61,232 nt of DNA. It comes from Chloroflexota bacterium. GTDB taxonomy: Bacteria > Chloroflexota > UBA11872. Shown piece by piece: positions 8,378 to 17,117 of the stretch (its first letter is position 1; every line of letters begins with the position of its first letter). The notes beneath the pieces were generated by a model that worked only from the letters and a program-made list of their open reading frames with translations, was not told the DNA's origin and did no database searches. A program made the translations under genes and the position numbers. The DNA lies in NCBI GenBank assembly GCA_047516685.1, contig JAKZUJ010000032.1:1-61232 (forward strand), written 5' to 3'.

Positions 8378-8623
8378 GGATTGATCCTCGAACGGCACGG
8401 TCCACAACCTTCGTGGCTCCCGAAGGTGTCCTCCATGCCTCCGAACACCCGTCCACTATGTGTCCGGTCTGGAAACCCTTGAGGGCGAGCCACTGTGTTG
8501 GGAGGCAAGCGAGAGGCGCCCACGCCCGGGTCCGCCATCTCCCCTGCTCTCAGGGCAACCGTTCTGCCTTCTGCTTCGAGAAAGAGGTATTGGGAGATCG
8601 TATGTGCGACTCCTTGATCAGAG

Positions 8624-10426
8624 TCACCAACTCCCGGTGGCCAGCCCCTGCCTCCGGCGCACCAGGTTCAGGTTGTTCGAAATCACCTGGTGCTGCTGAG
8701 GATTCGTTGCCGGCGTATAGACCGCCAGCGCCTGCTCGTAGTGATACGCCGCTTCTTGCAGAAGCTCAGGCTCGTTCTGTTTGGCCATGCCAAACAGCAT
8801 GCTCCCCAAATTGGCGTGCGCCACCGCCGCTTGCGGCGGCGCGTTGGGACCCGTCCAGATCCGCAACGCCGTGCGAAAGGCCTCAACGCTCGCCGCCAGG
8901 TCCGCTTCCTGTGATCCCCCGGCTCGAATGGCCAGGGCCATCCCCAGGTTGAACTGCGCGACCGCGTGCGGCGCCGGATGCGTGGCCAGCGGGCGCGACG
9001 CGCTGGCGCCTTGCAGGCGTTCGATCGCCCGGTCCAGGTGCACGGCGTCGCGCTCTGAAGCGTGCAGCGTCATGAACACCATCCCGGCGTTCAGCTGGCT
9101 CCCGCCCGCGTCCTCCGGCCTGCCCAGCGACGCCCACAGCTCCGCGGCCCGATCCAGCGCCGCCGCCGCGTCCGCCAGCGAGGCCGGCTGCCCGTGGTTG
9201 GCCGCTGTCATGATGGCTGACCCCAGGTTGTTCGCCAGTTGAGCCTCCAGCGCCGTCGCCTCGCCCCCGCTGGCTGCTTCCAACCCCTCGCGAAACGCCG
9301 TCACCGTCGCGCTCACGGCGCCCGGGATTCCCCGCTGCGCCACTTCCGCCTGCGCCAGTCCCCGCGCATTCCACGTGGCCGCCCGCTCGCCGCGGTAAGC
9401 GTCATCTGACAGATGCTCGATCGCCGACTGCAGCGCGCCGTCCGCCTGCCGCAGGTTCTCTACTCGATCGCCGCCCGGCCGTTGCGCCCAGGCAGTACCC
9501 AGCGCTCGATAAAGCCGGGCGGAGTCGGCTGGAAAGCGCTCAAGACCCGGCAGTCGCACGGCTCGGTTGTAGCTCGCAATCGCTTCGCGCAGATTCGCGT
9601 CCCGATCGCCCGTCTCGCGCAGGCCATACGCCGCCGCTCGGTTGCCATGCACCGCCACCGCTGAACCAAAGGCGGCGTCGTCAACCAGCGAAGCCGCTTC
9701 GTCGAACCGCGTCAGGGCCGCGTCCGCGTGCAGTGCGCCGCTCTCGTCTCGATTCGCCGCAATCAGCCGACCAGAATCGTTCAGCAACGACGCCAGCAGC
9801 GCCTGCGATCCAGCCCGTCGTGCCGCCTCGATGGCCGCGTCGAACGAACCGATCGCATCCCCAACGCTGATCCCATCGCCCGCCCCGGCCGCCCGACCCA
9901 GCATCCGCGCCGCGCTGGCCAACAGCCGCGCTTGCGGGGCATGCCGCTGCGCGCCCCCCAGCGCGCCCGCCGTCTGGGCATACGTACGTTGCGCGGCATC
10001 GCGCCGTCCGGCCCGCCACTGCGCCATCCCCAGGCGCTCGCTGGCCCCGGCGAACAGGTCGGGCAGCTCCTGCGGCGTGAAGACCAGCAGCGCCCGCGCC
10101 GCCGCCTGCGCGGCCTCTTCAAGGGCGTTGGCCGGAGCGTCGCCCTCCAGCAGCAGGCCGGCCAGGTCGTAATTCGCCAGCCCAAACTCGACCGGATGCG
10201 TTTCGAGACGCAGCGTCGCCAGCCCCGCCCGCAGTTCTCCGACCGCCGCCTCCGGGTCTCGTTCCCGCAGCGCCGCGGCCCGCTCACGCCGCTCCAGCGC
10301 CAACTCAGCCGCCTTGGCTTCCAGGTTCGTCCTCCGCGCCGCCCAACGTTCCGGCCAGTCTACGAACCTCACGCCGCAACCCAGCCACCCGGCCCGACCC
10401 CAGTCCCCGCCCCAAAAGACCGCCAA
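8624..10426 (-). CDS. Ala-rich TPR-like repeat protein
   Basis: 600-aa ORF with repeated helical A/L/R-rich ~34-40 aa segments (e.g. AVAQFNLGMALAIRAG..., AVAHANLGSMLFGMAKQ..., EAAYHYEQALAVY). It resembles the TPR scaffolds that precede CHAT domains, but no CHAT domain is present. The TTG start is uncertain. Confidence 0.55.
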   Translation of the reverse strand: MAVFWGGDWGRAGWLGCGVRFVDWPERWAARRTNLEAKAAELALERRERAAALRERDPEAAVGELRAGLATLRLETHPVEFGLANYDLAGLLLEGDAPANALEEAAQAAARALLVFTPQELPDLFAGASERLGMAQWRAGRRDAAQRTYAQTAGALGGAQRHAPQARLLASAARMLGRAAGAGDGISVGDAIGSFDAAIEAARRAGSQALLASLLNDSGRLIAANRDESGALHADAALTRFDEAASLVDDAAFGSAVAVHGNRAAAYGLRETGDRDANLREAIASYNRAVRLPGLERFPADSARLYRALGTAWAQRPGGDRVENLRQADGALQSAIEHLSDDAYRGERAATWNARGLAQAEVAQRGIPGAVSATVTAFREGLEAASGGEATALEAQLANNLGSAIMTAANHGQPASLADAAAALDRAAELWASLGRPEDAGGSQLNAGMVFMTLHASERDAVHLDRAIERLQGASASRPLATHPAPHAVAQFNLGMALAIRAGGSQEADLAASVEAFRTALRIWTGPNAPPQAAVAHANLGSMLFGMAKQNEPELLQEAAYHYEQALAVYTPATNPQQHQVISNNLNLVRRRQGLATGSW

Positions 10427-10574
10427 GTCGCGGCGCCGCCAGATCCGACCCGCTACGAGGTTTGGTGTCGCCGGGTCACAGTTCCCCGAAAAATGTCTGA
10501 ACCGTGTAGTATCGCATTACAGGGTCTCGGCAGACGCCCGTCGGCCATCCAACGACGGCGGCAGGAGTACTCGA

Positions 10575-11375
10575 ATGGCAGTGGCGGAACCACAACTGCG
10601 CACACTCACGCCCGCGCAAGTCGACAAATTCCACGTAGACGGTTACCTCGTCGTCGAAAACCTGCTGAGTTCCAATGAGGTGGCGGACCTGGCCGAACGC
10701 GCCGACCTCATCGCCGCCGGCAAAGCCGATCACATTCCCGAGGAAAGCGTCCAGCTCGAACGCGTTTTCCGGGAAGGCGAACGCGAAGTCGAAAACCTGG
10801 TCCTCTCGGTCCGCAAGCTGTACAACCTCGCCGTCTACGACGACCTCCTCTGGGGCCACGTGACCAACCCCAAGATCGTTGACGTGATCGCCGACCTGAT
10901 GGGCACCGACGACATCAAGCTCTACGGCGATCAGCTCTTCATGAAGCCCCCCGAAATCGGCGCCGCCCAGGACTGGCACCAGGACTCGGCCGCCTGGCGC
11001 GACATCCTGCCGATGGACCTTGTCACCGCCTGGACCTCCATCGACCACGCCACCACCCAGAACGGCTGCCTGAATTTCGCACCCGGCACCCACCGCTGGG
11101 GCATGCTCACGCGACCCCGCCTGGCGCCGCTGCTGCCCGACCTGGGCACTGATGAATGGCCTGTTCGGCCGGTGCCGCTGGGCCCGGGCAGCGTGAGCTT
11201 CCACCACAGCCTGGTGCTGCATCAGAGCAACGCCAATACGACCGGCATGCGCCGTCGCGGCTACGCCACGCACTTCATGCGCGCCAGTTCGTACCAGGAC
11301 GAGGAAGTAACCGACGCGCCCAAGATGCCTCCGTTCAAGCAGGTACGCGGACGCTCGTTCCCGGGCCGAGTCTGA
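10575..11375 (+). CDS. Phytanoyl-CoA dioxygenase (PhyH) family Fe(II)/2-oxoglutarate oxygenase
   Basis: Internal ATG of ORF 10314..11375, after GGCAGGAG. Motifs: LTPAQVDKFHVDGYLVVENLL, WHQDSAAW (HxD), FAPGTHRWG and SVSFHHSLVLHQSNAN. Confidence 0.85.
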   Translation: MAVAEPQLRTLTPAQVDKFHVDGYLVVENLLSSNEVADLAERADLIAAGKADHIPEESVQLERVFREGEREVENLVLSVRKLYNLAVYDDLLWGHVTNPKIVDVIADLMGTDDIKLYGDQLFMKPPEIGAAQDWHQDSAAWRDILPMDLVTAWTSIDHATTQNGCLNFAPGTHRWGMLTRPRLAPLLPDLGTDEWPVRPVPLGPGSVSFHHSLVLHQSNANTTGMRRRGYATHFMRASSYQDEEVTDAPKMPPFKQVRGRSFPGRV

Positions 11376-11412
11376 CCAACCGACGCAGAGTTCTAAATCA
11401 AGGAGGTCGGTG

Positions 11413-12201
11413 ATGAGTTCCCCGCACCGCACACTCACCGCCGAACAGGTGGACAGCTTCTGGCGAAACGGCTGGTTGGCAGTCGAAGACCTTCTGTCGC
11501 CGGATGACGTTGCCCGTCTCGGCCAACGCGCCGACCAGATCGCCCGCGGTGAAACCGACGCCGACCCGCAGCACGTTCAGGCCGAAAAGCTCGTTCGTGA
11601 GGGCGAAGTCACGGCCACCGCCCGAGAACTTGAGATCCGCAAGCTGTACTGGCTCGCGGGACAGGACGACGTCCTGCAAACCCATGCTCGCCACCCAGCC
11701 ATCGTGGACGTCATCGCCGATCTGCTCAACAGCGACGACATCAAGCTCTACGCCGACCAGCTGTTCATGAAGCCGCCGGCCATTGGCGCCGCGCAGCCCT
11801 GGCACCAGGATTCCAAGTCATTCATAGACATATATCCCATGGACCTCGTGACGGCCTGGGCTGCCATCGACGACGCCACGCTCGACAACGGCTGCCTCGA
11901 ATTCATCCCAGGGAGCCACCTCTGGGGCGTTCTGAGCAACGACGAGATGGGCGAGCACCGCGAACTCATCGGGAACGACGCCGATTACATGCCGCAGCCC
12001 GGCCCGTTGCGAGCGGGCAGCGTCAGCTTCCACCACAGCCTCACGTGGCACGCCAGCCGCGCTAACACCAGCACGGCTCGCCGACGCGGCTACGCGGTGC
12101 ACTACATGCGGGCCGACTCTCGCCGCGCGGCGGCAATCGACGGCCCGAGCGTACCCCCGCCGCTACAGATCCGCGGCCGGTCCTTCGAGGGCTGCGTCTA
12201 G
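11413..12201 (+). CDS. PhyH family Fe(II)/2-oxoglutarate oxygenase (tandem paralog)
   Basis: AAGGAGG lies at 11399-11405 and the ATG at 11413. The protein is collinear with the previous gene (LTAEQVDSFWRNGWLAVEDLL, WHQDSKSF, FIPGSHLWG, SVSFHHSLTWHASRAN). Confidence 0.85.
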   Translation: MSSPHRTLTAEQVDSFWRNGWLAVEDLLSPDDVARLGQRADQIARGETDADPQHVQAEKLVREGEVTATARELEIRKLYWLAGQDDVLQTHARHPAIVDVIADLLNSDDIKLYADQLFMKPPAIGAAQPWHQDSKSFIDIYPMDLVTAWAAIDDATLDNGCLEFIPGSHLWGVLSNDEMGEHRELIGNDADYMPQPGPLRAGSVSFHHSLTWHASRANTSTARRRGYAVHYMRADSRRAAAIDGPSVPPPLQIRGRSFEGCV

Positions 12202-12206
12202 CCGAG

Positions 12207-13295
12207 CTACGACACGTCGGGGATCGAGACGGCCTGTCGCATGCCCGTCTCCGACGAGCGGTAGGCCGCCTGCACAGCCTCGTTCACCCACATCCCGGCT
12301 TCGTTCTCCAGCGGCGGCGGACCGCCGGTCAGACACGACTGGAAGAACGCGCTGGTGATCAGGCTGTACTCGTCATTCCTCGCGTCCTCGTTGCTGAAGT
12401 TCCACGACTTGTGCGGCGACCCGGCGTGAACGCCCTGATGCGACATCCACTCCAGGGGATCGCCTCGGCGCGATCCGCCAGGGTTGAACCGAAGCCAGCC
12501 GTCGCGGCCCCAGAGGATGAAACCGGAGTGCCGGCCTGAGCCGTATTCCTGGCGGGTGACGTAGTAGCCGGCGCTGAGGTTGCCAACCATCCCGCTCTTG
12601 AACTCGACGGTCACCGAGGCGGCGTCTTCGACCGGCAACGGCTCGCCTCCCACCACTCCGGCAATCGCGCTGACGGATGCAAAGTCGTCGCCCGAAATGA
12701 AGCGCATCAGATCGAGGTAGTGGCAGCCCAGAAACGTCAGATACCCACCGCCCGAACGCGCCTTATCGAAAATCCAGCCGCCTTGCAGCGTGGCCCACTG
12801 ATGGGTTCGGTCGTGATCCGCAATGAACCAGGCCTGGCAAGCGAAGAGGTCGCCCAGCAGACCCTCGGCCACTATGCGGCGAGCTTCCTGCACGATGGCC
12901 CGCTGCCGGCTCACGTACGCAATAGTGAGATTCAGACCCGCGGCGTGGGCTTTGCAATAGAGGCGTCGGTAGTCGTCGAGGTCGGCGAATCCCGGCTTTT
13001 CGTGCCAGACGTGACAGCCCGCGTCCAGCGACGCCTCGATCATGGCCGGCATGCGCCAGGCTTCCAGCGTGACCAGGGACGCGGCTGGCTTGAAGTCGCT
13101 GAAGAGGGCGTCGGGGTCGGTATAGGTGGCGGTCACCCGGTCGCCCACGGCCTCTTTGGCGGCTTCAAACATTTCACCGGTGGCGTCAAGCACCGCGACT
13201 TCCCCAACTTCGGGATTCCTCGCCGCCGCGTAGAGGGACGACAGGTGATTGCCGGTGGGTTCGATGATCAGCGCGACGCGCAGCGAATCACTCAC
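12207..13295 (-). CDS. Gfo/Idh/MocA family oxidoreductase
   Basis: GTG start. A Rossmann-like N-terminus is followed by a VWHEKPG (EKP) motif and a C-terminal alpha/beta domain. Confidence 0.8.
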   Translation of the reverse strand: MSDSLRVALIIEPTGNHLSSLYAAARNPEVGEVAVLDATGEMFEAAKEAVGDRVTATYTDPDALFSDFKPAASLVTLEAWRMPAMIEASLDAGCHVWHEKPGFADLDDYRRLYCKAHAAGLNLTIAYVSRQRAIVQEARRIVAEGLLGDLFACQAWFIADHDRTHQWATLQGGWIFDKARSGGGYLTFLGCHYLDLMRFISGDDFASVSAIAGVVGGEPLPVEDAASVTVEFKSGMVGNLSAGYYVTRQEYGSGRHSGFILWGRDGWLRFNPGGSRRGDPLEWMSHQGVHAGSPHKSWNFSNEDARNDEYSLITSAFFQSCLTGGPPPLENEAGMWVNEAVQAAYRSSETGMRQAVSIPDVS

Positions 13296-13360
13296 AGGAC
13301 GGCTCCCGACAGGCGCGCCGCCAGCCGCGGCGCGGTATCGCCAGAGTGTGCCCCGCCTGG

Positions 13361-14215
13361 CTAACCCTCGCCAGACACACGCGCGATTGTGATCTCTGCG
13401 TCGTGCGTCCAGACCTCGTTGAACACCAGTGGCTTGGGTCTGCCGCGGTCAGCGTCGGGTGGCTCGACCGCGCCCACACGAAGTTCGTTGCGGTCACGTC
13501 CGCGGACCTGGTGGTACCACGACAGCTCGCTGGCGGCCGGTTCGATTTCACGCCGCAGGATGAACTCGACGCGGTTGAAGCCGCTGAACGCCACGCCGGC
13601 CAGGAAGACGCGATCAAGCCCATGTCCGTCCCAAGTGGCCAGATCCGGCAGGATCACAGGCTCTGTGCACACTTGGAACTTCTCGTTGTTTTCGTCGAAG
13701 TTGATCAGTTCGATGGGAAACTCGACGGTCACGGTCAGCTTGCGCGCCTCGTCGCGGTAGACGCAGGACGCGTTCAACAGCGCACCGGCCCAGGTGGCCT
13801 CGATCACCTCGGGTACGGTTGTCAGTGCCTCGGCGTGCGCAAAGTGGCCAATGTCGACATCGAACCTCTCGTACTTGTCCGCCAGCGACTGGCGGCTGAC
13901 ATTCTCCGCCGCGGCTGAGGGCTGCTTCGCGATGGGAATACCCAGCGTCTCGGAGAAGACTGACCGGTACTCGCCGCTCGGAATCTGGAACAGGTTGTCG
14001 CTGACGATCGTGTATTCGGCTCGGCAGGGAGCGATGACGTAACAGTTGAACGGATCGCCCACGTCAGGCCGAATCTCCAGACGGGCATCGGCCTTGAGGC
14101 GCACGCAAATCACGTCGCCTGGATCAGCCAGCAGCCCGCCGCTGTATTTGTAGAGCGAATCGGGTTGGTGCGGACGGTGCGTCCAGGTGAGAAACGACCG
14201 CGAGAAATCAATCAT
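13361..14215 (-). CDS. Hypothetical protein (284 aa)
   Basis: ATG 14215 is preceded by GGAGA. I recognise no motif. Parts of the gene are locally less GC-rich than neighbours (one 60-nt line near 13681 is ~48% GC). Confidence 0.6.
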   Translation of the reverse strand: MIDFSRSFLTWTHRPHQPDSLYKYSGGLLADPGDVICVRLKADARLEIRPDVGDPFNCYVIAPCRAEYTIVSDNLFQIPSGEYRSVFSETLGIPIAKQPSAAAENVSRQSLADKYERFDVDIGHFAHAEALTTVPEVIEATWAGALLNASCVYRDEARKLTVTVEFPIELINFDENNEKFQVCTEPVILPDLATWDGHGLDRVFLAGVAFSGFNRVEFILRREIEPAASELSWYHQVRGRDRNELRVGAVEPPDADRGRPKPLVFNEVWTHDAEITIARVSGEG

Positions 14216-14317
14216 GACGGTCTCCGGCGTCTGCGTGGACGGCGAGCATAGCCTTACCTGGAACGTGTGCGCGCCGGGTTACGCTGGCGCGGTTTGTGCG
14301 CGAGTGCCGCCCTGCTG

Positions 14318-16315
14318 ATGGCTGAGCCGTACGAGTACCTCACGACCTTCCTGATCGCCTTGCTGCCGTGCGCGGCAGGCCTGCAGATTGTGCGCTGGCT
14401 GCTGCCCGGCGAGCGCCGCCTGCTGGTGGTGGGTGGCTTGGGGGGCGGACTTGGCATCGGCCTGGTGACGTTTGGGATCGGTGCGCTGGTGCAGATCGTC
14501 CCGCTGCTCGCCGCCGCGGTTCTGGTCAATTCCGCCAGCGCGCTCCTGGTGGGATGGCTGATCTGGCAATGGCGGCGTGATCCGCTGCCCCTGGACTTGG
14601 GCCGCTGGACGTGGCTGGTCGGCACGCTGTTGCTGCTGGTGCTGTTTATTGCCGGCGTGGAATTCGTCTCGAGCATCTGGCACGCCAATACGCACGAGAA
14701 CCTGCTGATTCGGCTTGGCTTGGCCGCTCATTTCCTGGCGGGCAACTGGCCGCCGGCGCATCCCTGGGAGCCAGACACTATCTTTTTCTACCGCTTTGGC
14801 GCGCCACTGTGGACCGCCGCGGTCGCCTTGCTCGGTGGCGCCGACGTCTTTGCCGCCGGGCTTGCGGTCACGCTGGTCAGCGTACTCGCCTGTCTATGGG
14901 GCGTCGCGGCGGCAGTGACGCTGCTAAGCGACAAGATCACAGGGTTGCTGGCTGGATTCCTGGTAGCCGTGGCCGGTCCGCAGAACTTCCTTGCGCTACC
15001 CAATGCACCCTTCGGCGAACTGACGGCTTCAACCGCCCAAAAGCTTGTTGACATAGGCCCCGCGCGCCTGCAAGAGGGCTACGTGCTGGGTGAGTCGTTT
15101 CAGCAGCTTGTCCCATTCAGCTACACGCTCGTTGTGGGGTTGGCGGCCGCGGCAGGAGTCGGCGCTCTGGCGGTGGCGGTGTCCGCGGGGAACGCCCGCC
15201 TCCTTGCCAGCCTGCTCGTCGGAAGCCTTGCGTTTGCCGGCATGAGCGTTACGGCGGAGCACCTACTCCCGGTGATGGCGGCCGCACTCGTCCTGGCGGC
15301 CCCCGTTCTGTTCTTGACGAACCGCCGCGGTCAGGCGATGGCGCTGGTGGGCCTTGCGCTCGCTGGGTCTCTCTTGGCGATCATTCCGGAAGGCCCGCTC
15401 GCTCAGATCGTTCGCGGCCCGGCCAGTGCTGGCTTCCTCAGCCTGAATGCCAGCTCCCTCTTCACGGTACCTACCCACGGGATTTTCCCCGAGCCCTCGC
15501 TCTTTACGTCCACGGTGCCCGCGCCGCAAGCGGGCGTATTGGATCCAGTGACATGGAAAGGGTTCGGGTGGGTACTGATAGCTATTTCCGGGTCGGGGCT
15601 CGTGGCCGTGGCGCGAGGCCGGGCCGGACTCGCCGCACCGGCAATAGCAGGCCTGATAGCGCTGCTCATTCCGGGCATTCTTCACGACGAACTGAACCCA
15701 TGGAACACCTGGCGCTTCACCCAGGCCGGACTTCTGCTCGCCGCGCCAGCGCTGGCAATCCTGGTGACCGCGGTGTGGCGCTGGTCGTGGATTGGTCGCC
15801 GACCAGCGCGTGTGGCAGCGGTTGGCCTGGTTGGATTGGCCGCCGGCACGTGGCTCGTAAGTCTCAGCCTGCTGCCTGGAGTTGTGAGAACGCCCGAGAG
15901 CACGGTGCTGGAGGACGAACTCGCCGCCGCGAGATACGCGGCTCAACTCGACTATCCGCAGCGTGCCCTACTCCTGCCAGGCCCGCGGACTTTCATCGAG
16001 CTCAGTAGCAGTATGGCCGACGGCATGCACAAGTACGCCGTGAGCTTCGGTCGGCTGCAGGTTCCCATGGGTTTCGACAATCGGGGGGCGCGGGAGCGTT
16101 ACGCCCACGCCTACGCCAAGGCTCAGGACAGGCTCTTACCCGAGGACCTCAGGGATTTAGAGGTCAATCTCGTCTATACCGCACAGAATCATCTCAGCCT
16201 CGACCAGCGGCTCACGATTGACCAGGCGCTGGCCCGCGGAACGCTTACGCCAGTGTTTACCAGCCCTGGCGGCGCAAGGGTGATCTACCGCGTAGTGAGT
16301 AACGACGATGGCTAG
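14318..16315 (+). CDS. Polytopic membrane protein, GT-C-like (function unknown), with a C-terminal soluble domain
   Basis: ORF 14267..16315; ATG 14318 (MAEPYEYL...) preferred. More than 12 hydrophobic segments are followed by a ~150-aa hydrophilic tail. This architecture resembles ArnT/PMT-type glycosyltransferases, but I cannot confirm a diagnostic motif. Confidence 0.65.
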   Translation: MAEPYEYLTTFLIALLPCAAGLQIVRWLLPGERRLLVVGGLGGGLGIGLVTFGIGALVQIVPLLAAAVLVNSASALLVGWLIWQWRRDPLPLDLGRWTWLVGTLLLLVLFIAGVEFVSSIWHANTHENLLIRLGLAAHFLAGNWPPAHPWEPDTIFFYRFGAPLWTAAVALLGGADVFAAGLAVTLVSVLACLWGVAAAVTLLSDKITGLLAGFLVAVAGPQNFLALPNAPFGELTASTAQKLVDIGPARLQEGYVLGESFQQLVPFSYTLVVGLAAAAGVGALAVAVSAGNARLLASLLVGSLAFAGMSVTAEHLLPVMAAALVLAAPVLFLTNRRGQAMALVGLALAGSLLAIIPEGPLAQIVRGPASAGFLSLNASSLFTVPTHGIFPEPSLFTSTVPAPQAGVLDPVTWKGFGWVLIAISGSGLVAVARGRAGLAAPAIAGLIALLIPGILHDELNPWNTWRFTQAGLLLAAPALAILVTAVWRWSWIGRRPARVAAVGLVGLAAGTWLVSLSLLPGVVRTPESTVLEDELAAARYAAQLDYPQRALLLPGPRTFIELSSSMADGMHKYAVSFGRLQVPMGFDNRGARERYAHAYAKAQDRLLPEDLRDLEVNLVYTAQNHLSLDQRLTIDQALARGTLTPVFTSPGGARVIYRVVSNDDG

Positions 16316-17057
16316 CCGAAACATCGTCAACCTGTTCGTCGCCATCGCGGTGGTGGGTTTGTGGTGCGCGGTGATGCTCACTCCGGTCGATTGGCCCCTG
16401 AGCGCCTATCAGAACGAAAACGCCGTATTCCCCTTGGGGCCAGTCTCAGCTGATGTTCAGCCAGGACAGACCTTCACCGCTCGCGAGCCGTTTGACGTGG
16501 TGGCGGCCCCAGTGAGAGTCGGTGGACCGTTCGACAGCGTCGCGACGCTGAGCACCCGCGTGCGCGTCGCCGGCCCGCAGGGGCCGTCCGTGGCGGTATC
16601 CGCGCCCGTGACGGCCGTGTCGACCGAGCGTGCATACCAAATGGTCGTGTTCCGATTCCCGGAAACCATTCCCGCTCGAGAGGGGTACTTCGTCGAATTC
16701 GACATTCCGCGCGGCACTCGCTGGCCGGTTTATCTGGCGGCGATCGGCGGGAACAAAGACCCTGATGGGCAACTGTACATGCGAGGCGCCCCGACGCCCG
16801 AGGGGCAGGATCTCGTGTACCAGTTGCTTCGCCGCCAGTCCATCAGCGAGCGTCTGCCAACGTGGTGGCGCGCCAACCAAGGCTCCGTAGTCGCTGGCGT
16901 TGGGTTGGTGGTTCTCCTGCACATGGTCAGCTTCGCCGCCATACATGGGTTGCCGCCTCGTGTGCGTCGCCGGCTGCCGAGCGCCTTCGTGTTGGGGTTG
17001 GCGCCGCCGGCCCTGCTGGCCGCGGCGCAATTCGCACTCTTCTTGCTTGTGCTCTGA
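16308..17057 (+). CDS. Membrane-anchored hypothetical protein
   Basis: Its start overlaps the upstream stop (ATGGCTAG, 8-nt overlap). It has an N-terminal TM (IVNLFVAIAVVGLWCAVML), a beta-rich middle and two C-terminal TM segments. Confidence 0.6.
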   Translation: MASRNIVNLFVAIAVVGLWCAVMLTPVDWPLSAYQNENAVFPLGPVSADVQPGQTFTAREPFDVVAAPVRVGGPFDSVATLSTRVRVAGPQGPSVAVSAPVTAVSTERAYQMVVFRFPETIPAREGYFVEFDIPRGTRWPVYLAAIGGNKDPDGQLYMRGAPTPEGQDLVYQLLRRQSISERLPTWWRANQGSVVAGVGLVVLLHMVSFAAIHGLPPRVRRRLPSAFVLGLAPPALLAAAQFALFLLVL

Positions 17058-17117
17058 CTGCAAGCAGCTCGCCGGCCGCGCTAGGCTCCGGGATGGCCGG
17101 GCAGGGAGACCAGAGCG

